Source: Bacillota bacterium (GTDB lineage Bacteria; Bacillota; Dehalobacteriia; UBA4068). From it: a stretch of 34,593 nucleotides of DNA. The translations under genes were made by a program, and so were the position numbers. The stretch spans positions 1 to 34,593 of the forward strand of contig JAFXLH010000081.1 of NCBI GenBank assembly GCA_017531315.1, written 5' to 3'. Of the stretch, positions 8,842-16,514 are shown piece after piece (position 1 is the stretch's first letter; the number at the start of each line of letters is the position of its first letter). The notes under the pieces are model-generated. The model saw only the letters and a program-made list of their open reading frames with translations, searched no databases and had not been told where the DNA came from.

Positions 8842-9519
8842 CTACTCTTCCACCTGCAGCGCCCGGCGCAGCTTGGCGATGGCCTTCTTTTCCAGCCGGG
8901 AGACATAGGAGCGCGAGATGCCGAGGATGCCTGCTACCTGGCGCTGGGTCTGCTGCTCGCGGCCGTCCAGGCCGTAGCGGCGGGTCAGCACCAGCTGCTC
9001 CGTGGCATCCAGCACCGAGAGCGCGCCGCGCATCTGCTGCCGCTGCTCATCTGCCGCCACCTGCTCTATCAGGTCGGTATCCTCTTCCGCCAGTATATCC
9101 AGCAGCGACATCTCGTTGCCCTCCTTATCCACGCCCACCGGGTCGAAGAGCGAGACCTCGCCCTTGGCATGGCGGGTGGCGCGGATGTGCATCAAGATCT
9201 CATTTTCGATGCAGCGGGCGGCATAGGTGGCCAGGCGCGCGCCCTTATCCGGCTGGAAGCTGTTGATGCCCTTGATCAGGCCGATGGTGCCGATGGAGAG
9301 CAGGTCGTCGCGGTCGATATTGGTGGATTCGAATTTCTTGGCCACATGCGCCACCAGCCGCAGGTTATGCTCGATGAGCTTGTTTTTGGCGCTGCCGCGC
9401 ACTTGGGCATCTGTATCGGCAAGGCGGGCGATGGTCTCTGCCTCTTCCGCGGCGGAAAGCAGCGGCGGGAAAATATTATTGTTCAGGTACGCGATAAAAC
9501 AGCTGCATTTGACGGCCAC
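8842..9519 (-). CDS. sigK: Sporulation mother-cell sigma factor SigK
   Basis: 'YLNNNIFPPLLS', 'LIEHNLRLVAHVAKKF', 'SIGTIGLIK', 'LATYAARCIENEILM', 'DPVGVDKEGNE', 'ISRSYVSRLEKKA'; GTG start at 9519 with GGAGG 7 nt upstream; uninterrupted (no skin-like insertion). Confidence 0.93.
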   Translation of the reverse strand: MAVKCSCFIAYLNNNIFPPLLSAAEEAETIARLADTDAQVRGSAKNKLIEHNLRLVAHVAKKFESTNIDRDDLLSIGTIGLIKGINSFQPDKGARLATYAARCIENEILMHIRATRHAKGEVSLFDPVGVDKEGNEMSLLDILAEEDTDLIEQVAADEQRQQMRGALSVLDATEQLVLTRRYGLDGREQQTQRQVAGILGISRSYVSRLEKKAIAKLRRALQVEE

Positions 9520-9550
9520 GGCGCTACCTCCGCTAAGTGTTTTCCTTAGC

Positions 9551-9588
9551 AATCTATGCCGCCGCCTGCCACCGCGTACCTTGTCTTA
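9551..9588 (-). promoter_or_regulatory. Putative SigE/SigK-type promoter of sigK with a SpoIIID-like site
   Basis: Minus strand -10 CATAGATT (9558-9551), AC 17 nt upstream of it, and TAAGACAAG (9588-9580) resembling the SpoIIID WWRRACAR motif. Confidence 0.4.
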
Positions 9589-9611
9589 TGCCTGCTACAG
9601 CCCGGTTTATT

Positions 9612-10790
9612 TCACCAATTCTGCAAATCGCGGATATTTTGCAGCAGCGTTTCTGCGATCAGCCGCGCCTGCCACCGCGCCCCCTCCAGCCATACCACCG
9701 CGATCAGCCGCTCCTCGCCGATAAGCTGCGCGATATGCCAGCTGCCGCCTTCGCCCGCCGCGCTGCTCAGCAGCTGCGTATGCGCCTCGGTGAGCGGCGT
9801 GACCAGCGGCGGCTCGGGCAGCGGCGCATCCGGCTGCCACAGCCACTCGCCCTGCTCTCCCCGCACGCCCAGCGCCAGAACCGGTGTGATACGCCGCCCC
9901 GTGCCCGCCAGCAGCGCCAGCTGCGCCGCCTGCAGGGTGCTGATGCCCTCGCCTATGGCCACATCTGCGCTATACCCCACGGGCAGCGGCGGGAAGCTTA
10001 AATCCTGCCCGCAGGCCGCCTGCAGGTGGTCGATCAGCGGCTGCAGCTGCGCCTGCGGATGCGCTGCCAGCGCCGCTTCCGCATCGGCGGCCGCCCAGGC
10101 ACGCAGCGCGCCGTCTGCCGCATCCACCAGCACTATCGCCCCGCGCTGCCCGCCTAATGCCTGCTCCGCCAGCTGCTGATAGTCGGCATCCAGCGTCAGA
10201 CACAGGGTATTCCCTACCCCGCCCGCCACGCGGAACAGACCGTTGCCACAGTAGCTGCCACGCGCATCGATATTGGCGGCGATCTGCCCGCCGCCCCGCC
10301 CCTGCAGAAAGGAGTCATACTGCGCCTCCAGCCCGCCCGGCGGCTCGGCGCTGCCGATCAGCCACGCCGCATGACTCGTCTGCCGCTGCGGCAGCTCCAC
10401 AAGATGCACCGCCGCGATATCCGCCGCCATGAGGGCCGCCGCCTGCGCCTCGGTGAGGCCGCGCCGCAGCACCAGCATCTGCTGCCCCGCTACCTGCTCC
10501 GCCAGCTGCTCCTCGCCGATGCCCAGCAGCTGCGCCAGCTCTGCCGCATCCGCGCCCAGCTGCGCCGGGAACAGCAGCAGCGCCGGGGCAAGCGCATCGG
10601 TGAAGCTGCGCCCATAGCGGTCGACGATAGCGCCGCGGTCGTACTGGTAGTAATCTGCGGCGACGGTGCTCTGCGCCGCCATCGCCGTCTGCGCGCCGGG
10701 CTGCAGGGCGGCACGCGCCGCAGCCGCCGTGGGCAACAGCAGCAAAGCCACCAGCAGCCAGCCGACGATGCGGATACGCTTAATGCTCAT
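9612..10790 (-). CDS. Degenerate class B penicillin-binding-protein-like membrane protein lacking catalytic motifs
   Basis: N-terminal hydrophobic anchor; class B PBP motifs 'RGAIVDRYG', 'GLEAQYDSFLQG', 'GNTLCLTLD..YQ', 'GAIVLVD..DG'; 392 aa with a single Lys (residue 4), so no SxxK or KTG. Confidence 0.7.
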   Translation of the reverse strand: MSIKRIRIVGWLLVALLLLPTAAAARAALQPGAQTAMAAQSTVAADYYQYDRGAIVDRYGRSFTDALAPALLLFPAQLGADAAELAQLLGIGEEQLAEQVAGQQMLVLRRGLTEAQAAALMAADIAAVHLVELPQRQTSHAAWLIGSAEPPGGLEAQYDSFLQGRGGGQIAANIDARGSYCGNGLFRVAGGVGNTLCLTLDADYQQLAEQALGGQRGAIVLVDAADGALRAWAAADAEAALAAHPQAQLQPLIDHLQAACGQDLSFPPLPVGYSADVAIGEGISTLQAAQLALLAGTGRRITPVLALGVRGEQGEWLWQPDAPLPEPPLVTPLTEAHTQLLSSAAGEGGSWHIAQLIGEERLIAVVWLEGARWQARLIAETLLQNIRDLQNW

Positions 10791-10842
10791 ACAGGTATGC
10801 TCCCTTGAAGCTAATCTTTGTTGCTAGTATGCCCAATTGTAC

Positions 10843-10874
10843 AAAAAAACGGCGGGAGCAAGCCCCCGCCCTAC
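10843..10874 (-). repeat. GTAG-type REP-like palindrome followed by a T-run
   Basis: Minus strand GTAG-GGCGGGGGC-TT-GCTCCCGCC-GTTTTTTT. Confidence 0.6.
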
Positions 10875-10899
10875 ATTTAATCATCTCTTGATATGCAGC

Positions 10900-10928
10900 A
10901 AAAAAGCACCCTCATACGAGGGTGCTTT
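10900..10928 (-). terminator. Intrinsic terminator downstream of coaBC
   Basis: AAAGCACCCTC-atac-GAGGGTGCTTT perfect stem with a minus-strand T-run. Confidence 0.8.
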
Positions 10929-10943
10929 GAATCAACACATATT

Positions 10944-10993
10944 TGTAGGGGCGACCAGTGGTCGCCCGCGGGCGTGCAATGCACGCCCCTACA
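10944..10993. repeat. Inverted pair of GTAG-type REP-like palindromes (REPIN-like doublet)
   Basis: TGTAG-GGGCGACC-agt-GGTCGCCC on plus and TGTAG-GGGCGTGCA-t-TGCACGCCC on minus, arranged as an inverted pair. Confidence 0.7.
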
Positions 10994-11005
10994 AGGGATC
11001 GTCCG

Positions 11006-12205
11006 TTAAAAGCGCGGCAGTTCGCTGATCGCCTTAATTATCTGCCGTCCCGCCGCTCTCTTGCTCATCATCTCCCACTCCTCCGTCTTATCGGGAGAAA
11101 TGGCGGTGATGATATTGGTATCGCCGTCGAAGCCGGCGCCGGCCTGTGCCACGTTATTGGCGATGATCAGGTCCAGATTCTTTTCCACCAGCTTTTTGGT
11201 GGCGTAGGCGGCCAGATTTTGCGTCTCAGCGGCAAATCCGACCAGGATATGATCGCCCTTATCGGCGCCAAGGCCTTTCAGGATATCATTATTGGCGACC
11301 AGCTTGATCTCCATGCCGCCGCCCTTTTTGATCTTCTGCTCGGCTTGCTGTTCCGGGCGGTAATCCGCCACCGCCGCCGCCATCACTACGATGTCGTATT
11401 CGGCATAGGCCTCGCGCACCGCCGCTTCCATCTCGGCGGCGGAAGTGACGCGCACGCACTTGACGCCCGCCGGCACGGGCAGCGAGCAAGGGCCGCTGAC
11501 CAGCAGCACCTCGGCGCCCGCTTCAACCGCGGCAGCGGCTACGGCATAGCCCATCTTGCCGCTGGAACGGTTGCCGATAAAGCGCACGGGGTCGATGTAT
11601 TCGTAGGTAGGGCCGGCTGTTACCAGCACTCGGCGCCCGGAGAGCAACCGGCCTTCAGCAAAAAAATCCGTGATATACTGCTTGATATCCTCTACCTTCG
11701 CCAGGCGGCCTCTGCCTATCGCACCGCAGGCGAGTCTGCCTTCGCCCGGCTCGATGAAGCGGCAGCCGCGCGCAGAGAGAGTCTTGATATTGGCCTGAGT
11801 GGCGGGGTTGGCATACATATCGCAATGCATGGCCGGAGCGAAGATGATCGGCGCACTGGTTGCCAGCAGCGCCGCAGATACCAGCTCATCGGCAATGCCG
11901 CAGGCGGCCTTGGCAATGATATTGGCGGTGGCAGGCACTACTAAAAACAGATCGCAGGAAGCGATATCGATATGCGGCACATGGAAGTCGGCATCCAGCG
12001 AGTTGATATCGCAGGCCACCGGACGGCCGGACAGGGTCTTCATCGTCAGGGGCGTGATGAATTCGCAGGCAGACTTGGTCATGGCGACCGTTACTTCCGC
12101 TCCCTGCTGATTCAGCCAGCTGACGATATCCGCTGCTTTATATGCAGCAATACCGCCGGTGATACCGACGGTAATTTTTTTGCCGGAGAACAGTTTCTCA
12201 CTCAT
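11006..12205 (-). CDS. coaBC: Bifunctional phosphopantothenoylcysteine decarboxylase/synthase CoaBC
   Basis: 'GITGGIAAYK', 'PATAN', 'PAM', 'VLVTAGPT.E.IDPVRFIGNRSSGKMG', 'AAAVADY', 'VGFAAET'. Confidence 0.97.
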   Translation of the reverse strand: MSEKLFSGKKITVGITGGIAAYKAADIVSWLNQQGAEVTVAMTKSACEFITPLTMKTLSGRPVACDINSLDADFHVPHIDIASCDLFLVVPATANIIAKAACGIADELVSAALLATSAPIIFAPAMHCDMYANPATQANIKTLSARGCRFIEPGEGRLACGAIGRGRLAKVEDIKQYITDFFAEGRLLSGRRVLVTAGPTYEYIDPVRFIGNRSSGKMGYAVAAAAVEAGAEVLLVSGPCSLPVPAGVKCVRVTSAAEMEAAVREAYAEYDIVVMAAAVADYRPEQQAEQKIKKGGGMEIKLVANNDILKGLGADKGDHILVGFAAETQNLAAYATKKLVEKNLDLIIANNVAQAGAGFDGDTNIITAISPDKTEEWEMMSKRAAGRQIIKAISELPRF

Positions 12206-12482
12206 CGCAAGCGTCCTCTTCTACTTCTTCGGCTGCCTCGATTTCGGCAGCAACTTCTTCAGCAGCATCTTCTTCCACCACGGGAGCTTCCGCCTTATGC
12301 CAGGAAAGTTCGCCGGCGGCGATCTCTTTCAGGGCTTCGGAGACGGGGTTGACGCCCGGGGTGGCAGCCAGCGCGGGATTGGCGGTGATGGCCGCACGGG
12401 CACGCTTGGCCGCAACGATAACCAAGGTATACTTGGAATCGGCCTGCTGCATCAATTCATTGATAGACGGAGAGTTTAACAA
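12198..12482 (-). CDS. rpoZ: RNA polymerase omega subunit
   Basis: 'PSINELM...SKYTLVIVAAKRAR...PVSEALKEI'; TTG start with AAGGAGGT RBS; between gmk and coaBC. Confidence 0.95.
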   Translation of the reverse strand: MLNSPSINELMQQADSKYTLVIVAAKRARAAITANPALAATPGVNPVSEALKEIAAGELSWHKAEAPVVEEDAAEEVAAEIEAAEEVEEDACDE

Positions 12483-12509
12483 AACTCTTACCTCCTTATA
12501 ACTGGTAGC

Positions 12510-13070
12510 TTAGTGATTGGCCAGTATGGCTTCTATTTCTGCCACGGCGTCTTCAACCACATGGTTTACTACCCGGTAGTCGTAAGCATCTGCCAGCGCC
12601 AGTTCGGACTTGGCCTTTTCCAGTCGCTGGGCGATGGCGGCGGCATCTTCGGTACCGCGGCCCAGGATGCGGCGCTGCAGCTCTTCCATAGAAGGCGGCA
12701 GCAAAAAGATGAAGACCGCATCGATGCCGGAATCTTTCACCTGCATAGCGCCCGCAGTATCAATATCCAGCAGCACCGTCTGACCGGCGGCGAGGCGTTG
12801 CTCCACCTCGCTGCGCAGCGTGCCGTAGCGATTATTGAAATGCGCGGCATGCTCCAGAAATTCGCCCTTTTCCACCGCGGCGGCAAATTCTTCATGGCTG
12901 ATGAAGTAATAATTGACGCCGTGCACCTCGCCTGCGCGCGGTGCGCGGGTGGTCGCCGATACGGAAAAGGTCATTTCCGGGTGCTTTTCCAGCAGTCTGG
13001 CGCATATCGTACCCTTGCCGACGCCGGAAGGGCCGGATATCACCAGCAGTTTTCCTTTAGGGGCAGTCAT
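12510..13070 (-). CDS. gmk: Guanylate kinase
   Basis: 'ISGPSGVGKGT', 'SVSATTRAPRAGEVHGVNYYF', 'YGT', 'PPSMEELQRR'. Confidence 0.97.
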   Translation of the reverse strand: MTAPKGKLLVISGPSGVGKGTICARLLEKHPEMTFSVSATTRAPRAGEVHGVNYYFISHEEFAAAVEKGEFLEHAAHFNNRYGTLRSEVEQRLAAGQTVLLDIDTAGAMQVKDSGIDAVFIFLLPPSMEELQRRILGRGTEDAAAIAQRLEKAKSELALADAYDYRVVNHVVEDAVAEIEAILANH

Positions 13071-13073
13071 AGG

Positions 13074-13349
13074 CTAATCCCCCATTTCTTCCGCCGCATC
13101 GATGCCCTTGATGCCGGCAAAGCGGCCGGCCACCGTTTCCGGCTGGATGGCGGAAAGAATGATATGCGAGCTATCGGTAACGATGACGGCGCGGGTGCGG
13201 CGGCCGCAGCTGGCGTCGATGAGCATGCCGCCCTCGCGGGCTTCCATCACCAGACGCTTGATCGGCGCGGATTCCGGGCCGACGATGGCCACGACGCGTT
13301 CTGCCGCCACCATGTTACCAAAACCGATATTAACTAACTTTTGAGGCAT
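13074..13349 (-). CDS. remA: RemA/DUF370 family regulator
   Basis: '[10 protein letters not shown]...[11 protein letters not shown]...[29 protein letters not shown]'; GGAGGT RBS; canonical position upstream of gmk. Confidence 0.93.
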   Translation of the reverse strand: MPQKLVNIGFGNMVAAERVVAIVGPESAPIKRLVMEAREGGMLIDASCGRRTRAVIVTDSSHIILSAIQPETVAGRFAGIKGIDAAEEMGD

Positions 13350-13370
13350 ATGACTACCTCCCTAAGCTAA

Positions 13371-13679
13371 TTAGCCAAGACGAGCCAGCAGTTCGGCCTT
13401 CTGACGGGCGCCCAGACCCTGTACGCGGCGGGATTCATCGATGCCGATCTCTTCCATGATCTTGGCAGCGGTGATCTTACCGACCTGAGGCAGGGATTCC
13501 AGCAGATATTTTACGCGCATTTTGGCGTAGACTTCGTTTTCGGCTTCTTCCAGTACGGTAGCGAGAGCGAGGTTGCCGGCTTTCAGTTCTTTACGAACTT
13601 CCATACGCTGGCTGCGGATTTCCTGAGCCTTCTTCAGAGCTGCGGTTCTGTCTTTTTTGGAAAGTTTCGGGATAGTCAT
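13371..13679 (-). CDS. mihF: Actinobacterial-type integration host factor (mIHF/sIHF-like nucleoid-associated protein)
   Basis: 102 aa from ATG 13679 with GGAGG RBS; 'R.AALKKA...R..LK', 'KMRVKYLLESLPQVGKITAAKIMEEIGIDESRRVQGLGARQ' closely parallels the mIHF/sIHF H2TH signature 'KMKV..LLESLP.VGKV.A..IM..LGI.ESRRV.GLG..Q'. Confidence 0.88.
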   Translation of the reverse strand: MTIPKLSKKDRTAALKKAQEIRSQRMEVRKELKAGNLALATVLEEAENEVYAKMRVKYLLESLPQVGKITAAKIMEEIGIDESRRVQGLGARQKAELLARLG

Positions 13680-13713
13680 TTTTGTTACCTCCAGTTTTTT
13701 GTTTCTGCATTGA

Positions 13714-14595
13714 TTACTCAATGTTTTGGATCTGTTCTCTGATTTTTTCCAGTTCGCTCTTGCATTCGATGACCAGCTTGCTGATCTCGAGCGAATTGGA
13801 CTTGGAACCGGTAGTGTTTACCTCGCGGTTCATTTCCTGCAGCAGGAATTCCAGCTTGCGGCCGATCGGCTCCCTGGCTTCCAGCAATTCGGCAAACTGC
13901 AGCAAATGGCTGTTCAGGCGGGTCAGCTCTTCGCTGATATCGGCATGATCGGCAAACAGCGCCACTTCCTGTGCCAGACGGCCGGCATCCACCGGGGCGC
14001 CGCCCATCAGCTCGCCGATGCGGGCATGCAGCTTGCGGCTGTATTCCTGCGGTACGGCGGGGGCCAGCTCGGCGATGCACGCCACATTGGCTTCGATGAC
14101 CGCCTTGCGGCTAAGCAGGTCGGCCTTAAGCTCGGCGCCTTCGCGTTCGCGCATAGCGATGAAAACGGTGAGCGCCTGATCGAGCGCCTGCTGCACGAGC
14201 ACGGTGATCGCCTCCAGATCTTCTTCCGCTTTTTCGTTGACGATAACGCCGGGAAAAGCGGCGATCTGGCGCAGGCTGACCGCCTCTTCCTGCAGGGGAA
14301 GGGCCTCTGCCAGTTCGTTCAGGGCATTATAATACGCAATAGCCAAATCCTTGTCAACAGTCAATCTACAGTTTTTGGCAGAAATTTCTTCAAAAGAGCA
14401 AAAAACATCTACTTTACCGCGGGAAATGCGGCTCTGGATGCCTTTTTTGATCGTTTCTTCCACAGCTGCCAGCTGGCGCGGCAGGCGCACATTGGTTTCC
14501 AGAAAGCGCTGGTTGACAGATTTCATCTCCAGCGTAAAGCGATAATCCGCATCGGCAGCTTCGCCGCGGCCGTAGCCGGTCATGCTCTTGACCAT
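13714..14595 (-). CDS. yloC: YicC/YloC family endoribonuclease
   Basis: 'MVKSMTGYGRG', 'KSVNQRFLE', 'RGKVD', 'DISEELTRL.SH', 'GRKLEFLLQEMNREVNT.GSK', 'EKIREQIQNIE'. Confidence 0.96.
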   Translation of the reverse strand: MVKSMTGYGRGEAADADYRFTLEMKSVNQRFLETNVRLPRQLAAVEETIKKGIQSRISRGKVDVFCSFEEISAKNCRLTVDKDLAIAYYNALNELAEALPLQEEAVSLRQIAAFPGVIVNEKAEEDLEAITVLVQQALDQALTVFIAMREREGAELKADLLSRKAVIEANVACIAELAPAVPQEYSRKLHARIGELMGGAPVDAGRLAQEVALFADHADISEELTRLNSHLLQFAELLEAREPIGRKLEFLLQEMNREVNTTGSKSNSLEISKLVIECKSELEKIREQIQNIE

Positions 14596-14627
14596 GGCAG
14601 TTCCTCCTTAAAGCATAAACTTATCAG

Positions 14628-14656
14628 TTATTCGCTTCTCTCGCGGCAAATCCTGC
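14628..14656 (-). promoter_or_regulatory. Putative SigH-type promoter of the yloC operon
   Basis: Minus strand GCAGGATTT...GCGAATAA, with 17 nt between AGGA and GAAT. Confidence 0.55.
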
Positions 14657-14663
14657 CTTTTTC

Positions 14664-14692
14664 TTGACATTTTCCCTGCTTCAAGCTATTTT
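14664..14692 (+). promoter_or_regulatory. Putative SigA promoter of rqcH
   Basis: TTGACA-17 nt-TATTTT upstream of the AAGGAGG RBS. Confidence 0.55.
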
Positions 14693-14731
14693 AGTAGTAT
14701 CAGATCATGCCTTTCCGCAAAGGAGGAAGCT

Positions 14732-16465
14732 ATGGCTTTTGACTGCTACGCGCTGGCCGCCGCCTGCCGCGAGATCAATAAAACCTGCGCCGATACGCGC
14801 ATCAATAAAGTACATATGCCGGACCGCCACACCCTGCTGCTGCGCTTCCACGGGCGCGAGGGGCAGGGCAAGCTGCTGCTCTCGGCTCATCCGCAGCAGG
14901 GGCGCATCCAGCTGACCGAGCTTAGCTACGAGAACCTGCCCAGCGCACCGCCCTTTCTGATGGCGATGCGTAAATGGCTGGAGGGCGCAGCCATCCTCGG
15001 CATCCGCCAGACCCCCTATGAGCGCGTGGCGGAGCTGGAGCTGATTGTGCGCGACGGCATCGGTGACCGCAAGAAAGCGCGCCTCATCATCGAGATCATG
15101 GGCAAGCACAGCAATATCATCCTCGTCGACGCCAATGACCGCATCATCGACGGCATCCGCCGCTACGACAGCACGCTCTCCCAGTACCGCGAGGTGCTGC
15201 CCGGCTGCCGCTATCTCCCGCCGCCGCCGCTGGACAAGCTGCTGCCGCCCATCGAGCCGGCCGCCCTGCGCGAGCAGCTGATCTGCAGCGAGCCGCCGCT
15301 TGCCGCCACCGTGAAGGCGCGCATCGCCGGCCTGTCGCCGCTTGCCGCCAAGGAGATACTGGCCGGGCTGCCCGCCGAGCCGCGCCAGCTGGATGGCGAA
15401 GACTGGCTGCGCCTCTCCGCCGAGCTGGAGCGCTTCGCCCACATCTACGAGGGCAGCGAGGGCGCGCCCACCCTGCTGCAGCCGTCTACCGGCGCATCCG
15501 ATGTAGCGGCCTGGCTGCCCGCCGCCTGGGAAGCGCAGCCGCATGTGCAGTTCGATAGCATCTCTGCCGCGCTGGACGCCTGCTATGCGGTGAAGAATCG
15601 TGACGCCGCCTTTTCCGCGCGCCGCCGCAAGCTGGAAAAGCTGCTGGCGCAGCAGATAGGCCGCATGGAAAAGAAGATCGGCCTGCAGGAGCAGGACTTA
15701 GAAAAGTTCCTCGGCCGCGAAGACGATAAGCTGAAGGGCGATATGCTGGCCGCCTACCAGTACTACCTGAAGAAGGGCCTCGCCGATATCAGCCTGCCCA
15801 GCTTCGAAGACCCCAATGTGCTGGTAAGCATCGAGCTGGACCCCGGCCTCAACCCGCAGGAAAATATCACCCGCTATTACCGCCGCTACAGCAAGGCGAA
15901 AAAGGGCCGCGACCATATCCTGCCGCATCTCAATCAGAACCGCGAAGAGCTGGCTTATCTGCAGAGCATCTCCGCCGCGCTGGATATGGCAGAGGCAGAT
16001 GGCGACCTCAATGCGCTGGAGCAGGAGCTGCTGGCCGCCGGCTATATCAAGAAGCAGCCGGAGAAGCGCAAGGACGCCAAGAAGGATGACGAAGCGCTGC
16101 CGCCGCGCCGCGTGATTTCCGCCGACGGCTTCACCATCCTCATCGGCCGCAACAACCGCCAGAACGACCGCCTGACCCTGAAGGAGGCCGCCGCCACCGA
16201 CATCTGGCTGCACGCGCAGAAGATTCCCGGCAGCCACGTGATCATCCGCGCCGAAGGCCGCCCCGTGCCGGATAGCACCATCGCCGAGGCCGCCGCCTAT
16301 GCCGCCTGGTACAGCAAGGGCGGCAGCGCCGGCAAGACAGCCGTGGACTACACCACCGCCGATCAGGTGAAAAAGCCCGCCGGCGCCAAGCCGGGCATGG
16401 TCATCTACTTCCAGCAAAAGACGCTCTATGTAGAACCGCAAGAACCGAAAGAACCGCAGGAATAA
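14732..16465 (+). CDS. rqcH: Ribosome quality-control factor RqcH (NFACT/FbpA/Rqc2 family)
   Basis: 'MAFD', 'PPFLMAMRKWLEG', 'ERV', 'EIMGKHSNIIL', C-terminal NFACT-R 'IGRNNRQNDRLT...DIWLHAQKIPGSHVII...VDYT...KKP.GAKPGMVIY'; divergent from yloC. Confidence 0.95.
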   Translation: MAFDCYALAAACREINKTCADTRINKVHMPDRHTLLLRFHGREGQGKLLLSAHPQQGRIQLTELSYENLPSAPPFLMAMRKWLEGAAILGIRQTPYERVAELELIVRDGIGDRKKARLIIEIMGKHSNIILVDANDRIIDGIRRYDSTLSQYREVLPGCRYLPPPPLDKLLPPIEPAALREQLICSEPPLAATVKARIAGLSPLAAKEILAGLPAEPRQLDGEDWLRLSAELERFAHIYEGSEGAPTLLQPSTGASDVAAWLPAAWEAQPHVQFDSISAALDACYAVKNRDAAFSARRRKLEKLLAQQIGRMEKKIGLQEQDLEKFLGREDDKLKGDMLAAYQYYLKKGLADISLPSFEDPNVLVSIELDPGLNPQENITRYYRRYSKAKKGRDHILPHLNQNREELAYLQSISAALDMAEADGDLNALEQELLAAGYIKKQPEKRKDAKKDDEALPPRRVISADGFTILIGRNNRQNDRLTLKEAAATDIWLHAQKIPGSHVIIRAEGRPVPDSTIAEAAAYAAWYSKGGSAGKTAVDYTTADQVKKPAGAKPGMVIYFQQKTLYVEPQEPKEPQE

Positions 16466-16473
16466 GCAAACAC

Positions 16474-16504
16474 AAAGTCCCCGCAAAGGCGGGGACTTTC
16501 TTTT
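16474..16504 (+). terminator. Intrinsic terminator of rqcH
   Basis: AAAGTCCCCGC-aaag-GCGGGGACTTT followed by CTTTT. Confidence 0.85.
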
Positions 16505-16514
16505 CCAGCTTCTC

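Noticed and set aside
8842-9552. sigK interrupted by a skin-like element
   Set aside because: The reading frame is continuous from region 2 to region 4 and no recombinase is nearby.
10843-10993. CRISPR array interpretation of the clustered hairpins
   Set aside because: No identical direct repeats with regular spacers and no cas genes.
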